Positions 27,447-37,147 of a stretch of 64,000 nt of DNA are shown here, piece by piece. Position 1 is the first letter of the stretch; each line of letters begins with the position of its first letter. This stretch comes from a virus (taxonomy: Duplodnaviria > Caudoviricetes): positions 8,089-72,088 of the IMG/VR virus record IMGVR_UViG_3300005937_000010; one strand, 5' to 3'. The position numbers and the translations under genes are program-made. The notes below the pieces were generated by a model that was given only the letters and a program-made list of their open reading frames with translations, was not told the origin of the DNA and made no database searches.

Positions 27447-27612
27447 TCTCGTACTCCGCGTAGCGCCAGCGTGGAGCCTCCACGACGATGCACATGAAAC
27501 AGTAGTCTCCGGCCTCCGGATGCCTGGCGGCTGGCGTGCCACGGCGCATCTTGCCACAGCCGTCGCACTGCCAAGCCACAGACGAATGACGGCCACGATG
27601 TCCGGCGTCCAT
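27439..27612 (-). CDS. Small Zn-finger protein
   Basis: CDGC and CFMC pairs. Confidence 0.5.
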   Translation of the reverse strand: MDAGHRGRHSSVAWQCDGCGKMRRGTPAARHPEAGDYCFMCIVVEAPRWRYAEYENA

Positions 27613-27657
27613 GTTGCACGCCTCACCGCAGCGCATCGGTTCGCCACAGACGCCAGA

Positions 27658-27679
27658 GGGCGCGGCCGGAGCCGCGCCC
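27658..27679 (-). terminator. Hairpin after histone-like gene
   Basis: GGGCGCGGC-CGGA-GCCGCGCCC. Confidence 0.55.
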
Positions 27680-27701
27680 TCGTGCTGGCCTGGAGCCATC
27701 T

Positions 27702-28643
27702 CTAGCGCCGTGCCTTGGCAGCGGCCTTGCCCTTACCCTTGACCGCTGTCGCCCGCGTCCGCGTGGCCGGAGCCTTGCGCGAGGCCGCAGGCTTGCCCTT
27801 CGGAGCCGCTGTGCGGGCCTGTGCGGGCTTGCGAGTCGCAGGGGCAGCCTTGCCCCTGGCCGGAGCGGGCTTGGCCGCAGCGGGCTTCACAGCGCGCCGC
27901 GTACGCGTCGTCTTCGGCCGGACGGCCGCGCGAGCCTCGCGCCTGCGGATGTCGTTCGGCTTGGTGCTCGTGCCGTACGCTGCCCGCTCGCCCGACTCGT
28001 GCTGGCCGGTGGCCTTCACGAAGTCCAGGGCCACGCGCCCGATGAGCCAGATGACCATGCGGTCGGCCGCGTGCTTGTCCTTGTCCGGGTACCAGCGCGT
28101 GGCGTGCCGCTTGACCTCCGCGAAGACCTTGGCCTTGTCACCCCGGTGCTTGCGCAGGCTGTCCATGACGATTCCGCGCTTGCTCGCGGAGCCGCCTTTC
28201 CAGTCCGCCGTCCAGTCGATGGCGCTGTTGTCGATGCGCACCGCGTAGCCTTCCGCCGCCTGGCCGCGCGTGCTCGTGCGCTTGGCAGCCGGAGCCGCCT
28301 TCGGAGCCGCCTTGCGCGCGACCGGCTTCGTCGTGGTGGCCTTGCCCTTGCCCTTCGCGGGCGCGACCGTGCGCGTGGTGGGCTTGGCAGCGGGCTTCGC
28401 CGGAACGGCCTTGCCCTTCGCCGGAGCGGCGGGCTTGCCCTTGACGACGGTCGTGGCTGCCGCCTTGCCCTTCGCTCCGTTGCGCCCGTTGGCGCTCGTG
28501 GCAGTCTTGCCCTTCGCGGGCTTGCTCGTGCGCGTCTGTGCCTGCTCCACGAGCTTGCGCAGCGTGGCGGGCGGGATCTTGCGGTAGTCCTCGATTCCCG
28601 CCTGCTTGGCCTTGGCCCACAGCGTAATCATGTCCTTGTCCAT
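27702..28643 (-). CDS. Histone-H1-like basic DNA-binding protein
   Basis: AKP/KGK-rich arms flank a ~100-aa globular core; short helical N-terminal domain; GGAGG RBS. Confidence 0.75.
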   Translation of the reverse strand: MDKDMITLWAKAKQAGIEDYRKIPPATLRKLVEQAQTRTSKPAKGKTATSANGRNGAKGKAAATTVVKGKPAAPAKGKAVPAKPAAKPTTRTVAPAKGKGKATTTKPVARKAAPKAAPAAKRTSTRGQAAEGYAVRIDNSAIDWTADWKGGSASKRGIVMDSLRKHRGDKAKVFAEVKRHATRWYPDKDKHAADRMVIWLIGRVALDFVKATGQHESGERAAYGTSTKPNDIRRREARAAVRPKTTRTRRAVKPAAAKPAPARGKAAPATRKPAQARTAAPKGKPAASRKAPATRTRATAVKGKGKAAAKARR

Positions 28644-28680
28644 GCCTACCTCCTATGTCGTGTTTCGGGTATCGGCAACC

Positions 28681-28737
28681 AAGGTAGCAAGGCTTGGCAA
28701 GGCTTGTCAAGGTCTTGTCACGAGGACTTGCTTGGCA
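28681..28737 (-). promoter_or_regulatory. Promoter of H1-like gene overlaid by four TG(C/A)CAAG sites
   Basis: TTGACA (28705-28710)-18-TACCTT (28681-28686); motif copies at 28693, 28703, 28714, 28731. Confidence 0.65.
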
Positions 28738-29116
28738 AGTCCCGGAACGTCACCACGAGCGTGCCTTGATTGTGCGGGTGCTGGCCTGCCGGATCAAGGT
28801 ACACGAGCTTCGCGGAGACGACGGCCAACACTCCGGCGTCCAGCTTCGGCGCGAGGACTTCCGCGACCTCGCGCGGCAGGTAGCCAAGCTGCTTGCCCTC
28901 GTACAGACGGCTTGGCAGGTAGACGGCCACGGCGTTCTCATCGTACGCATTCTCCGGCTCGCGCTCCAGGCGGATCCCGGAGATGCCCTTCGCGGCAGCC
29001 GCCGCGAGGATGGCGCGATTCTCCTTCGTCCACCGGAAGCGCAAACCGATCACAGTCAGTTCGTGCTCCCACGTCTTCGGCTTGGACAGCTTGGCACTTT
29101 GGGTCTTTCCTGGCAT
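28718..29116 (-). CDS. HIRAN-domain protein
   Basis: VIGLRF, LEREPENAYDENAVAV, LGYLPR motifs. Confidence 0.85.
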   Translation of the reverse strand: MPGKTQSAKLSKPKTWEHELTVIGLRFRWTKENRAILAAAAAKGISGIRLEREPENAYDENAVAVYLPSRLYEGKQLGYLPREVAEVLAPKLDAGVLAVVSAKLVYLDPAGQHPHNQGTLVVTFRDLPSKSS

Positions 29117-29142
29117 GGCAAACCTCCTCAAATATGCCCGCG

Positions 29143-29457
29143 TCAGCGCGGCCCTGGGCGCGCGTTGCGGAACCATTCCTTGACTTGCTTGACTTCCTCC
29201 GGCGAGTAGAGCCGCACACGCAGCTTCCCGATCTTGACTCGGATCGGACTGGGGAAGACGATTTCGCCGCGCTTGGCACGCTGCTCTGCACGCCGGACAC
29301 GGGACGGATCCCGCTTGACGACACGGCATAGCTCCGCGAGCGTCAGGTAGTTCTCAAAGCCCTCCGGCTTCCACCTGGACGAGTCATCCTTTCCGCCCCA
29401 CACTGGCACAGGCTCCCCCTCTCTTTGTTTTGTTTTTGCTTTTGTTGCCAAGCTCAT
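29143..29457 (-). CDS. MerR/excisionase-like HTH protein
   Basis: YLTLAELCRVV...RLYSPEEV. Confidence 0.6.
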   Translation of the reverse strand: MSLATKAKTKQREGEPVPVWGGKDDSSRWKPEGFENYLTLAELCRVVKRDPSRVRRAEQRAKRGEIVFPSPIRVKIGKLRVRLYSPEEVKQVKEWFRNARPGPR

Positions 29458-29963
29458 CCGAGGCGCTCCGCGAGAGACGCTGCTTCCGACGCGCCGTTCT
29501 TGGCACCACGAGTGGTCTTCTTGATGTACGGCGTGTTGGCCGACTCCTCGTACGCATCCTCGATGTCCTCGCGCTTGATCTTTCCGGCGCGCACGTACTC
29601 GTCCACCTTGGCAGGCAAGACCTTGACTTCGATCAGGTTCTTGAAGATGTGGGTCGGGACGAGCTTGCGCAGCTTGTCAGGATTCCACTTGCGCGTGTGG
29701 CTCTGCACCACGGTCAGCTTGTGCCCGTCGTCCTCGTAGCCGGAGCCGGGATCGTACGACTTGAGCACGTACTCGTCCACGACCGCCTGGAGCGCGTCCC
29801 TCGCAGCCACAAGCGGCGTCGTCAGCTTGGCAATCTCCTCATCGAGCGCGTCGATGTCCTCAAGTGCGACGGCCACGCCGGACTCGGAGCGCAGTGCCGC
29901 GAACGAGCCGTCCTGCTTGAGCTTTGACCTGAGCGCGACCATTGCCGGATTGTGTTGTCCCAT
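29454..29963 (-). CDS. Hypothetical protein (coiled coil plus beta region)
   Basis: 169 aa with AAAGGTG RBS. Confidence 0.6.
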   Translation of the reverse strand: MGQHNPAMVALRSKLKQDGSFAALRSESGVAVALEDIDALDEEIAKLTTPLVAARDALQAVVDEYVLKSYDPGSGYEDDGHKLTVVQSHTRKWNPDKLRKLVPTHIFKNLIEVKVLPAKVDEYVRAGKIKREDIEDAYEESANTPYIKKTTRGAKNGASEAASLAERLG

Positions 29964-31295
29964 AGGAATCACCTTTACCCTTCATGTCGATTTTGAGTCC
30001 GACGCTACGGTACCAAGCTTTGCGCCGGAGATACTGCCTGGCGAACACCCTGACAAGATCATCGAGGATGTCGTAGATCACCGTCTCTGTCTTGCCCTCG
30101 TGCTTCCTGGCACCACGGCCGACCTTCTGGAGCACCGTGATGTCCGTGCCTGGATACGCCAGGACGATCCGGTTGAGCCGAGGGATGTCCACGCCTTCCT
30201 CAAACAACTGAGTGCCAAGAATACAGTGGATTTCCCCGTCGCGTAGCTTGGCAGTCAACTCGTGCTGCTTGCGCCTTGCCAGTCGCCCCGTCACCATCTC
30301 GACGTACTGGAGCCAGCCCTCATCGAAGTCGAATGCCAAGGCGATACAGTCACCGATGTTCTCCAGGTGCTTGATTTCCCTGGACAAGACAAGGACGCTG
30401 TTGCCCTGCTTGACCTCGCGCACGACGATCTTGGCAATCACCATGTTTCGGTTGTCGTCCTTGACTAGCTCATTGAGGATGTAGCGGTACTGCGAGCCGT
30501 TGTAGCGCGTCTTGAATCCTGTCTTGACCGGGCGCACGATCATCGGCACCTGGCTCTGGAAAGCGAGCTTGTAGATGACCGGCCCGATGTTGAACCTGAC
30601 AAGCGGCTGTCGGCCGTCTGAGCGCTTCTCCGAGGCCGTGATCCCGAAGCGGTAGTAGGCAGGGCACACGTTGCACAGCCAACTCCACGTCTCGGCTGCG
30701 GCATGGTGAGCCTCGTCCACGATCAGGCAGCCGAACTGTCTCCAGAACTTGCCACCGGAGCGGATGTAGCGTCGAATCGTCTGCGCCATCGCCACGGTGA
30801 TGTGGCCAACTTGGCAGGTCTTGCCCTGGATTTTTCCCGGAGAACAACCTGGCACGGACTCCTCGATGCGATCCACCCACTGCTTGAACAGGGTGTTGGT
30901 GTGGACGACCACAAGAGTCCTCGTCTTGGCAGCCGCCGCGAAGGCCAGCGCAATCTCTGTCTTGCCACGGCCAGGCGGTGCGATGACTTGCCCCTGCTCG
31001 TGCTGGAACATCGCCATGACGGCCTCCACCTGGCCGTCGTAGTCGGTAGCGTTGAGCGTCTTGGCATACGTCAGCTTGGGCATCGGCGGCTTGCTGCGCA
31101 GATCCTCTACCTCCAGGTCTGTCGGGAGCATGCTCCAGAGGCCACGAGGGATGCGCAGCTTGCCCGTCTCCGGGTAGTAGTCGTACGCCTGGACTTCGAT
31201 GTCGTCGTTGTCCGTGAACGTCAGCGTGCGCAGGAGCTTGGTGCGCTGCTCGCGCGTAAGCTCCTCCACATCGAGGGTGATGAGCGCGTCCAGCT

Positions 31296-31299
<4 letters not shown>
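29860..31299 (-). CDS. Superfamily-2 DEAD/DEAH-like helicase
   Basis: APPGRGKT, LIVDEAHH, GITAS, EGVDIP, QKVGRGAR. Confidence 0.9.
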
Positions 31300-31793
<494 letters not shown>

Positions 31794-31834
31794 GTGCTCT
31801 CCTTCGGTTTCGGGCATTACACTCTAGGTGGATT

Positions 31835-32518
31835 CTACCACACCCGGCCGGACAAGATTTCATCTTGCATCCAGGCCATCACAGCGGCAGCGTCGTAGAT
31901 GTCGGACGGCTGCGCTGGCTTGGCCTTGGCACCGAAGCCATGCTCTGGCCGGACGATCAGCATGCCGCTCTTGGACTTGACAAGATCGGGGATGTCCGGG
32001 AGGCCAAGCGCAGCGATGGCCCACTCCTTCACGTCCCACTTGCCGTCCGGCATCTTGCGGATCGTGATGCCCTCGCGCCGGAGCGTGGCCTTCCACTGCG
32101 AGTTGTTGATTTCGTAGATGTTCTTGAAGCCGTAGCGCAGGAGGCTGCCCTTGGCAGCCCCCGCGACTTCCGACTGTTGCTTGATCCAGGACGCCTGGAA
32201 CGTGTGGCGTGCCACCATCCCCAGCGGGAACGGCTCCTCCACGGCGATGGCGACACGCTCGTAGTCCATGCCCCAGGTCTGCAAGAGAACGTCCACGAGC
32301 AGCCGGTGGCACTTGGCAGCCTCCAAGATCCGGGTGAAGTAGTCGTGCTCCGGCGTCCAGCGAATCTCCCCGTACGCCACGTCCGACATCTTCTTGAGCA
32401 CGGCATCCCAGGACACGGCCGTGACTGCGATGCTTGTCATGCTCATGTCCATGCCGACAGCCGTCCAGCCCTTGTTGCGCTGGTAGCTCTTGAGCATGTG
32501 AGGAGACTTGCGTGCCAA
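31835..32518 (-). CDS. RuvC-like Holliday junction resolvase
   Basis: VGMDMSMTS, IAVEEP, DIYDAAAV acidic residues. Confidence 0.7.
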   Translation of the reverse strand: MARKSPHMLKSYQRNKGWTAVGMDMSMTSIAVTAVSWDAVLKKMSDVAYGEIRWTPEHDYFTRILEAAKCHRLLVDVLLQTWGMDYERVAIAVEEPFPLGMVARHTFQASWIKQQSEVAGAAKGSLLRYGFKNIYEINNSQWKATLRREGITIRKMPDGKWDVKEWAIAALGLPDIPDLVKSKSGMLIVRPEHGFGAKAKPAQPSDIYDAAAVMAWMQDEILSGRVW

Positions 32519-32839
32519 TCAGAGGCTCCCCACGAAGCGGAGCACGTCGCGCTCGTTGAACAACTCGTGAACCGCCTGGCCACGACACTTATCAAGTACC
32601 TCGATCTTCGGCACAGGGCGGATGACGCCACGGATGTAGTAGCGCCGATAGCGGGACTGCTTGTTGAGAACCTCGATGTAGTTGCTGTTGTTCCCCGTGC
32701 TCCAGTGGCCAAACGAATGGAGATTGCCGCTCTCGTCCAGGGCCGTCCTCAGCGCGTCCACGATGGGCCTCAGCGGCTTGGCATGATGGTTGAGCGCGTA
32801 AGCCACGCGCATTGCCGCAGTCTTCGTCTTCTTGCTCAT
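32519..32839 (-). CDS. Hypothetical protein
   Basis: GGAAGG-TGACAAG-ATG start. Confidence 0.55.
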   Translation of the reverse strand: MSKKTKTAAMRVAYALNHHAKPLRPIVDALRTALDESGNLHSFGHWSTGNNSNYIEVLNKQSRYRRYYIRGVIRPVPKIEVLDKCRGQAVHELFNERDVLRFVGSL

Positions 32840-33009
32840 CTTGTCACCTTCCCGTCGCTCCGCACGAAGTGCTTGACGCACTCAAGCACCATCTTCATGT
32901 CCAGCTTCCAGTGGCCTTTGGCATAGCCGTACTGCTGGCGCAGGTAGATGCGCAACGTGTACGTCGGGATGCCAAGTGCGTAGGCAAGCTCTTGCGGTGT
33001 CGTATACAT
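32836..33009 (-). CDS. Small HTH-like protein
   Basis: TPQELAYALGIPTYTLRIYLR. Confidence 0.55.
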   Translation of the reverse strand: MYTTPQELAYALGIPTYTLRIYLRQQYGYAKGHWKLDMKMVLECVKHFVRSDGKVTR

Positions 33010-33038
33010 GGTTCCTCGCCTTCGTGTCATCGGGCTGT

Positions 33039-33875
33039 TCACAGTGAGTCGCGCTCCTGCTTCTCAAGCTCCATCACCTTGGCATGGGCGTCCTCGTCCC
33101 AGTACATGTCGATGGCATCTTGGTAGAGCGCACGAAGATCGTTCGGATCCAGGGCGTCTAGCTCCACCTGGATCAGTTCGCCGTGGCGTGCCACGAACTG
33201 GCTGGCGCGAGAGTCGCTCGCCTTGCCCATCGCAGGCGGCAAGTCGTACTCGTCAATCTGCTCCGGGTTGAGCGCGATCCGGTGGACATGATCCCAACAG
33301 CTTGTCCGCTCGTTGAAGTCGCGGTCGATGTCCTCGCCGGAGGGATCGAAGTCGCCAGCGTAGATGACCACGGTCGGTCGGAAGTCCTGCCCCGGCTGCT
33401 TGTCACCGATGAGGTTCGCGTAGTGCGCACCCGTGTCGTAGACAACATCGTCCACGAACGTCTGAGACGAGTAGCCCTGGAGTGGCAGGATCGGGATGCC
33501 AAGCGGGTAGCCGAACCACTCGTTCAACTGGTTCACGATACCCGCCTTCTCGACTGCCAAGTAGAGGCTGTACTCCTGGCCCTCGGTGCGGTCGCGCCGG
33601 TAGCGCTGCTTGAGCCAGGCGTTGGCCTCCTCTGTGCTCTGGAACAGCGGGTACATGCGCTGGATGCTGCGTGTCCTGTCCATCAAGTCCGGGAAGTAGC
33701 CGTTGCGCCGCGCCTTGGCAGTCTGCGACGACAACTGGTTGTACTCGGAGCGCGTGTTGCGTAGCGTCTGATCGGCCACGAGCCGGTAGAACAACTGGCG
33801 CAGCGTGACGCGCGTGGAGTAGCTCCGCACGATGTCGGCGGCATGATCGAGGATGTAGCTCCAGTCTCTAGCCAT
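33039..33875 (-). CDS. Topoisomerase VI-A/Spo11-like winged-helix plus Toprim protein
   Basis: TLRQLFYRL, LAVEKAG, GYSSQTF, YAGDFDPSGEDI. Confidence 0.75.
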   Translation of the reverse strand: MARDWSYILDHAADIVRSYSTRVTLRQLFYRLVADQTLRNTRSEYNQLSSQTAKARRNGYFPDLMDRTRSIQRMYPLFQSTEEANAWLKQRYRRDRTEGQEYSLYLAVEKAGIVNQLNEWFGYPLGIPILPLQGYSSQTFVDDVVYDTGAHYANLIGDKQPGQDFRPTVVIYAGDFDPSGEDIDRDFNERTSCWDHVHRIALNPEQIDEYDLPPAMGKASDSRASQFVARHGELIQVELDALDPNDLRALYQDAIDMYWDEDAHAKVMELEKQERDSL

Positions 33876-34080
33876 CGGACTTGGCAGGCGCAGGCACCAC
33901 GCGCTCGCTCCCTCCGTCGTCGTAGATGCGGATGCGCTCGTTGTCCTCCACCCGCTGTACCTGGACGTAGCTGCGCGGCTCGCCACCGATGGTGCCCTTG
34001 ACGGGAGGACTGATCCGGCAGTCGGCACCGTCCGCGAACGCGGCCAACTCTGTGATCTGATCGCCGGTGAGGATCATCAC
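33868..34080 (-). CDS. Hypothetical protein
   Basis: Coupled small ORF. Confidence 0.5.
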   Translation of the reverse strand: MMILTGDQITELAAFADGADCRISPPVKGTIGGEPRSYVQVQRVEDNERIRIYDDGGSERVVPAPAKSDG

Positions 34081-34259
34081 GCGGCCTCGACTGTGATCTT
34101 GATTGTCTCGGGATTGCCAAGCTGCGTGACTGCGGACTTGCTCACGTACGCGCTGGTCATGGCGGCGTCGTCCTCGGTCGCGTCGTAGCGGACGACGTGC
34201 TTCTTGGCCTGCGGGTTGCCAAGCTCTACGGTCACTGTGGTCTTCTTGGGTGCGGGCAT
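34077..34259 (-). CDS. Hypothetical protein
   Basis: GGAGG RBS. Confidence 0.55.
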   Translation of the reverse strand: MPAPKKTTVTVELGNPQAKKHVVRYDATEDDAAMTSAYVSKSAVTQLGNPETIKITVEAA

Positions 34260-34268
34260 ACTGGCCTC

Positions 34269-34790
34269 CTATCTGTTGTTGTGGTTGTGATCTTGGCAGA
34301 GCGGGATGTCGGTGGACTCCTCCTCGATCACGTCGTGCCGGATCGCCTGCGCAACCCTGGCACCGAGGAGGCCGATGGACTTGAGGTTGATCTGGATGCC
34401 GTCCATGTTGTCACCCAGGCTGGCTCCGACGATGGCGCGCAGATCGTCCTCTGCCGCCACCACCGGGACGCCGACCATCTTCTTGGCACGCTCGTACGAA
34501 TCGAGGAATCCGAGAGCCGCCTGCGCCTTGGTAGCCCATACGTGCTCCGCGTGCAGGAACGCCTCGTACGACTTGCAAGCTGACGTGCCACCTTCCTTCT
34601 CGACTTGCCGGTAGACGGCATCGTAGCGTGCGTACGTCTCGCCCTCCTCCTGGACAGCCTTGACGTAGTGCTCCCAGGCATCCTCGCAGCCTTCGGCCGG
34701 AGTCTGCCGGGAGAGCCACGCCATATGCGCCTTGTCAGGAGCGAGGAGCTTGGTCGGAGAGGACTTGAGGAGAGCCTGTGTCTTCCTCAC
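34269..34790 (-). CDS. Hypothetical protein
   Basis: 173-aa coupled ORF. Confidence 0.55.
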   Translation of the reverse strand: MRKTQALLKSSPTKLLAPDKAHMAWLSRQTPAEGCEDAWEHYVKAVQEEGETYARYDAVYRQVEKEGGTSACKSYEAFLHAEHVWATKAQAALGFLDSYERAKKMVGVPVVAAEDDLRAIVGASLGDNMDGIQINLKSIGLLGARVAQAIRHDVIEEESTDIPLCQDHNHNNR

Positions 34791-35197
34791 CGGAGCCTCC
34801 CGGCCTTGCTCAGTTCCGGGATGCCAAGCTCAGCGCCACACATGGCGCACTGGCTCTGCGGGAACTGGAAGTTGGCCACCCGGATGTCCAAGAGTGCCAA
34901 GTCCTTGACGATTTCTACCGCCAGAAAAAGAAGATTGAAGCCCAGGTACTCGTTGCTGATCTTCACCGGCACGAGCGCGCCGGTCGGCGGCTGTAGCTGG
35001 ATGGTGACGTAGCCGGTGCAGTACGTCCGCAGCGTCTCCACCATCCTGTCGATAACCTTCTGCGTCTTGGCATCCTGCGCGTCGTACGCTGCCTTGGCAA
35101 GCTCGTACTTGACCTCGGACGTGAGCTTGTACTCGTCCACGGCGTCGGCCTGGAGCTTGCTGGCAGAGCGCAGATCGCTGAGCGTTTTCCTAGCCAT
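34787..35197 (-). CDS. Hypothetical protein
   Basis: 136 aa with C-terminal CAMC. Confidence 0.55.
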   Translation of the reverse strand: MARKTLSDLRSASKLQADAVDEYKLTSEVKYELAKAAYDAQDAKTQKVIDRMVETLRTYCTGYVTIQLQPPTGALVPVKISNEYLGFNLLFLAVEIVKDLALLDIRVANFQFPQSQCAMCGAELGIPELSKAGRLR

Positions 35198-35900
35198 TGT
35201 CTTTCTCCGGTCGGCGGATGCTCATGTTCACGCCCTTGAGCTTCTGCTCCAAGGACGGCTCGTTCTCCGGCGTCTTGTCAGGCCGGCTCACGAGTCCGAA
35301 TGTATCCTCCGGCTCGCACACGAGGATGAAGCCCATCCCGCCCGGAGGCAAGATGCGAACCTTGTGCGAATGCTTCCAGTCCGGCTCGACGCGCCCAACA
35401 TCGAAAGTCGGATACTTGTTCCAGTGAGAGTGTGAATCGTGGTACTGGAGCTTGTCACCCGGCCGTACCTCGCTGGCCTTGACCACCTGAAGTGCCAGGA
35501 ACTTCTCGCGCTCCTCGGCCTCCTGGCGCTGCTTGAACTCAAAGCGTGCCTGCTCCTCGGCTTCCTCGGCAGCTATACGTGCCTTGGCAGCTTCGACCAT
35601 CTCCTCCGGCGTGCCTTCGCCTTCGACTACGACAAGCTCCTCGTCAATCCAAACCGCCTGGACTTCCTCGGCACGAGCCTCGTTGCATTCGGCGCAGGAG
35701 TAGTCCTCGATCTTGGCAGACATCTTGTTGCAGTCCGGGCAGCGATGCGATGCGCCGTCCGCCGATGTCTCCTGGTTGAAGATCGTCCCGCAGCTACCGC
35801 ACTCGTAGAGACTGCCGCCGTGATCCTCTAGCACGGCCTCGCAGTCATCGCAGCGGTAAGCGATGACGACCTCGATGATTGTGTCGTCTATCTCGCTCAT
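35190..35900 (-). CDS. Multi-zinc-ribbon protein
   Basis: Four CxxC pairs. Confidence 0.6.
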   Translation of the reverse strand: MSEIDDTIIEVVIAYRCDDCEAVLEDHGGSLYECGSCGTIFNQETSADGASHRCPDCNKMSAKIEDYSCAECNEARAEEVQAVWIDEELVVVEGEGTPEEMVEAAKARIAAEEAEEQARFEFKQRQEAEEREKFLALQVVKASEVRPGDKLQYHDSHSHWNKYPTFDVGRVEPDWKHSHKVRILPPGGMGFILVCEPEDTFGLVSRPDKTPENEPSLEQKLKGVNMSIRRPEKDNG

Positions 35901-36145
35901 GGCTTCACCTTCTTGGAGAAGTTCTTGTCAGCGTCCTCGATGGCGATACGCGCTGCGAACAGAGCTTGGTAAGCAACCTGGCACTTGTTCCGCACTTCGT
36001 TGAAGCGGCGGTTGTCAAGCGCGTAGAGATGCGGCTGCGCTTCAAGCAAGTTGCGGTAGCACTCCTCCGCAGTGTCCATCGCTTCGATAATGCTGGACAG
36101 GAGGCTGGCGCGTTGGGCCTTGGCAAGCTCTACAGGGAATGGCAT
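35897..36145 (-). CDS. Hypothetical protein
   Basis: Helical small ORF. Confidence 0.5.
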   Translation of the reverse strand: MPFPVELAKAQRASLLSSIIEAMDTAEECYRNLLEAQPHLYALDNRRFNEVRNKCQVAYQALFAARIAIEDADKNFSKKVKP

Positions 36146-36146
36146 G

Positions 36147-36350
36147 TCAAAGCTCCGTGCTGATCGTGAGGCTGGCATCCCGTGCAGCCTCGATCACGTT
36201 CGGCACTTCCTTGGCAACCACGACGATCCGGCCGCTGTCGATCACTTGCTCGATGTAGCCGTCGTAGGCGTCCACGAACTCCTCGCCTGCTTGGGTCTGC
36301 CCTTGCACTTCGATCCCGCCTGTGTGATGCGTGAGAGTCAGGTCATCCAT
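36147..36350 (-). CDS. Hypothetical protein
   Basis: GGAGG RBS. Confidence 0.55.
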   Translation of the reverse strand: MDDLTLTHHTGGIEVQGQTQAGEEFVDAYDGYIEQVIDSGRIVVVAKEVPNVIEAARDASLTISTEL

Positions 36351-36555
36351 GCTGTACCTCCTTCATCTTGTCGGCTGCCAAGTCACGGAATCGCTTGACG
36401 CTCTCCACGACTGGCTCCAGGTTCCCGGAGATGTGGCCGGTGTTCGGCTCCTGCTCGATCAGAGCGAGAGCTTCCGCCAGCCGGTCGTGCGCTGCGCTCA
36501 GCCGGTGATGAATCTTCTTCCACGGCTGCGGCGTGCGTACGGGCTTGTCACTCAT
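36343..36555 (-). CDS. Hypothetical protein
   Basis: ATGA overlap. Confidence 0.55.
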   Translation of the reverse strand: MSDKPVRTPQPWKKIHHRLSAAHDRLAEALALIEQEPNTGHISGNLEPVVESVKRFRDLAADKMKEVQHG

Positions 36556-36767
36556 GCGTCGATCAGCTTGACGAAGTAGATCGAATCGACGCCGCCGAAC
36601 TCGGAGCCGCCGTCCTTGTCGGGCACGGTCAGGTGAAGCGGCGACTTGGCACCGTTCTGCTGTCCGAGGGTTCCGGCGAAGAAGTCCAGCATCGTCTCGG
36701 TGTCCTGCTCAGGGCCGGAGACGTGTGACAGTTCGACAGTCACTTTGAACTTGAGTGAGCTTGGCAT
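36552..36767 (-). CDS. Hypothetical protein
   Basis: CCCGAAC plus GGAGG leader. Confidence 0.55.
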   Translation of the reverse strand: MPSSLKFKVTVELSHVSGPEQDTETMLDFFAGTLGQQNGAKSPLHLTVPDKDGGSEFGGVDSIYFVKLIDA

Positions 36768-36798
36768 TCCAGACCTCCTTGTTCGGGTACGTGAGGGC

Positions 36799-36828
36799 AT
36801 GGTAGCAAACCCACCATGGGTGTGTCAA
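36799..36828 (-). promoter_or_regulatory. Sigma-70-type promoter
   Basis: TTGACA-18-TACCAT. Confidence 0.7.
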
Positions 36829-36829
36829 G

Positions 36830-37147
36830 TTAGTTGTCTAGCCAGGAAACAATCGCATCCACATGCCTGCACGTACGACGGGCTTGAAAACCCTGACAAG
36901 TGCAGCCACCTTCCGGCCACTCGTCACTGACCGTTTCCAGGTCTACGCAGTACCAGCCGTCAACACTCCTCGCTTTCACGAGGAAATGGAGACGGCCGAT
37001 TACGAGAACGCGCTCAGCGCCCAGGACGAGCGACTTGCCGACGTACCGCTCGCTTCTTAGCGCGTGCTTCCGCTTGACGCTGTGCTGCCAAGACTTCCTC
37101 ATGGCAGAAGCGATTGAACGGGCACTCTTGGTACTGCATGTGCGCAA
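36830..37147 (-). CDS. SWIM zinc-finger protein (start uncertain)
   Basis: CTCQGFQARRTCRH matches CxC...CxH. Confidence 0.55.
   Translation of the reverse strand: MRTCSTKSARSIASAMRKSWQHSVKRKHALRSERYVGKSLVLGAERVLVIGRLHFLVKARSVDGWYCVDLETVSDEWPEGGCTCQGFQARRTCRHVDAIVSWLDN

Noticed and set aside
27702-28643. Explaining TGCCAAG as a by-product of Ala-Lys-rich proteins
   Set aside because: The motif is equally common in non-basic genes, in other frames, on the opposite strand and in intergenic DNA, and it requires rare codons.
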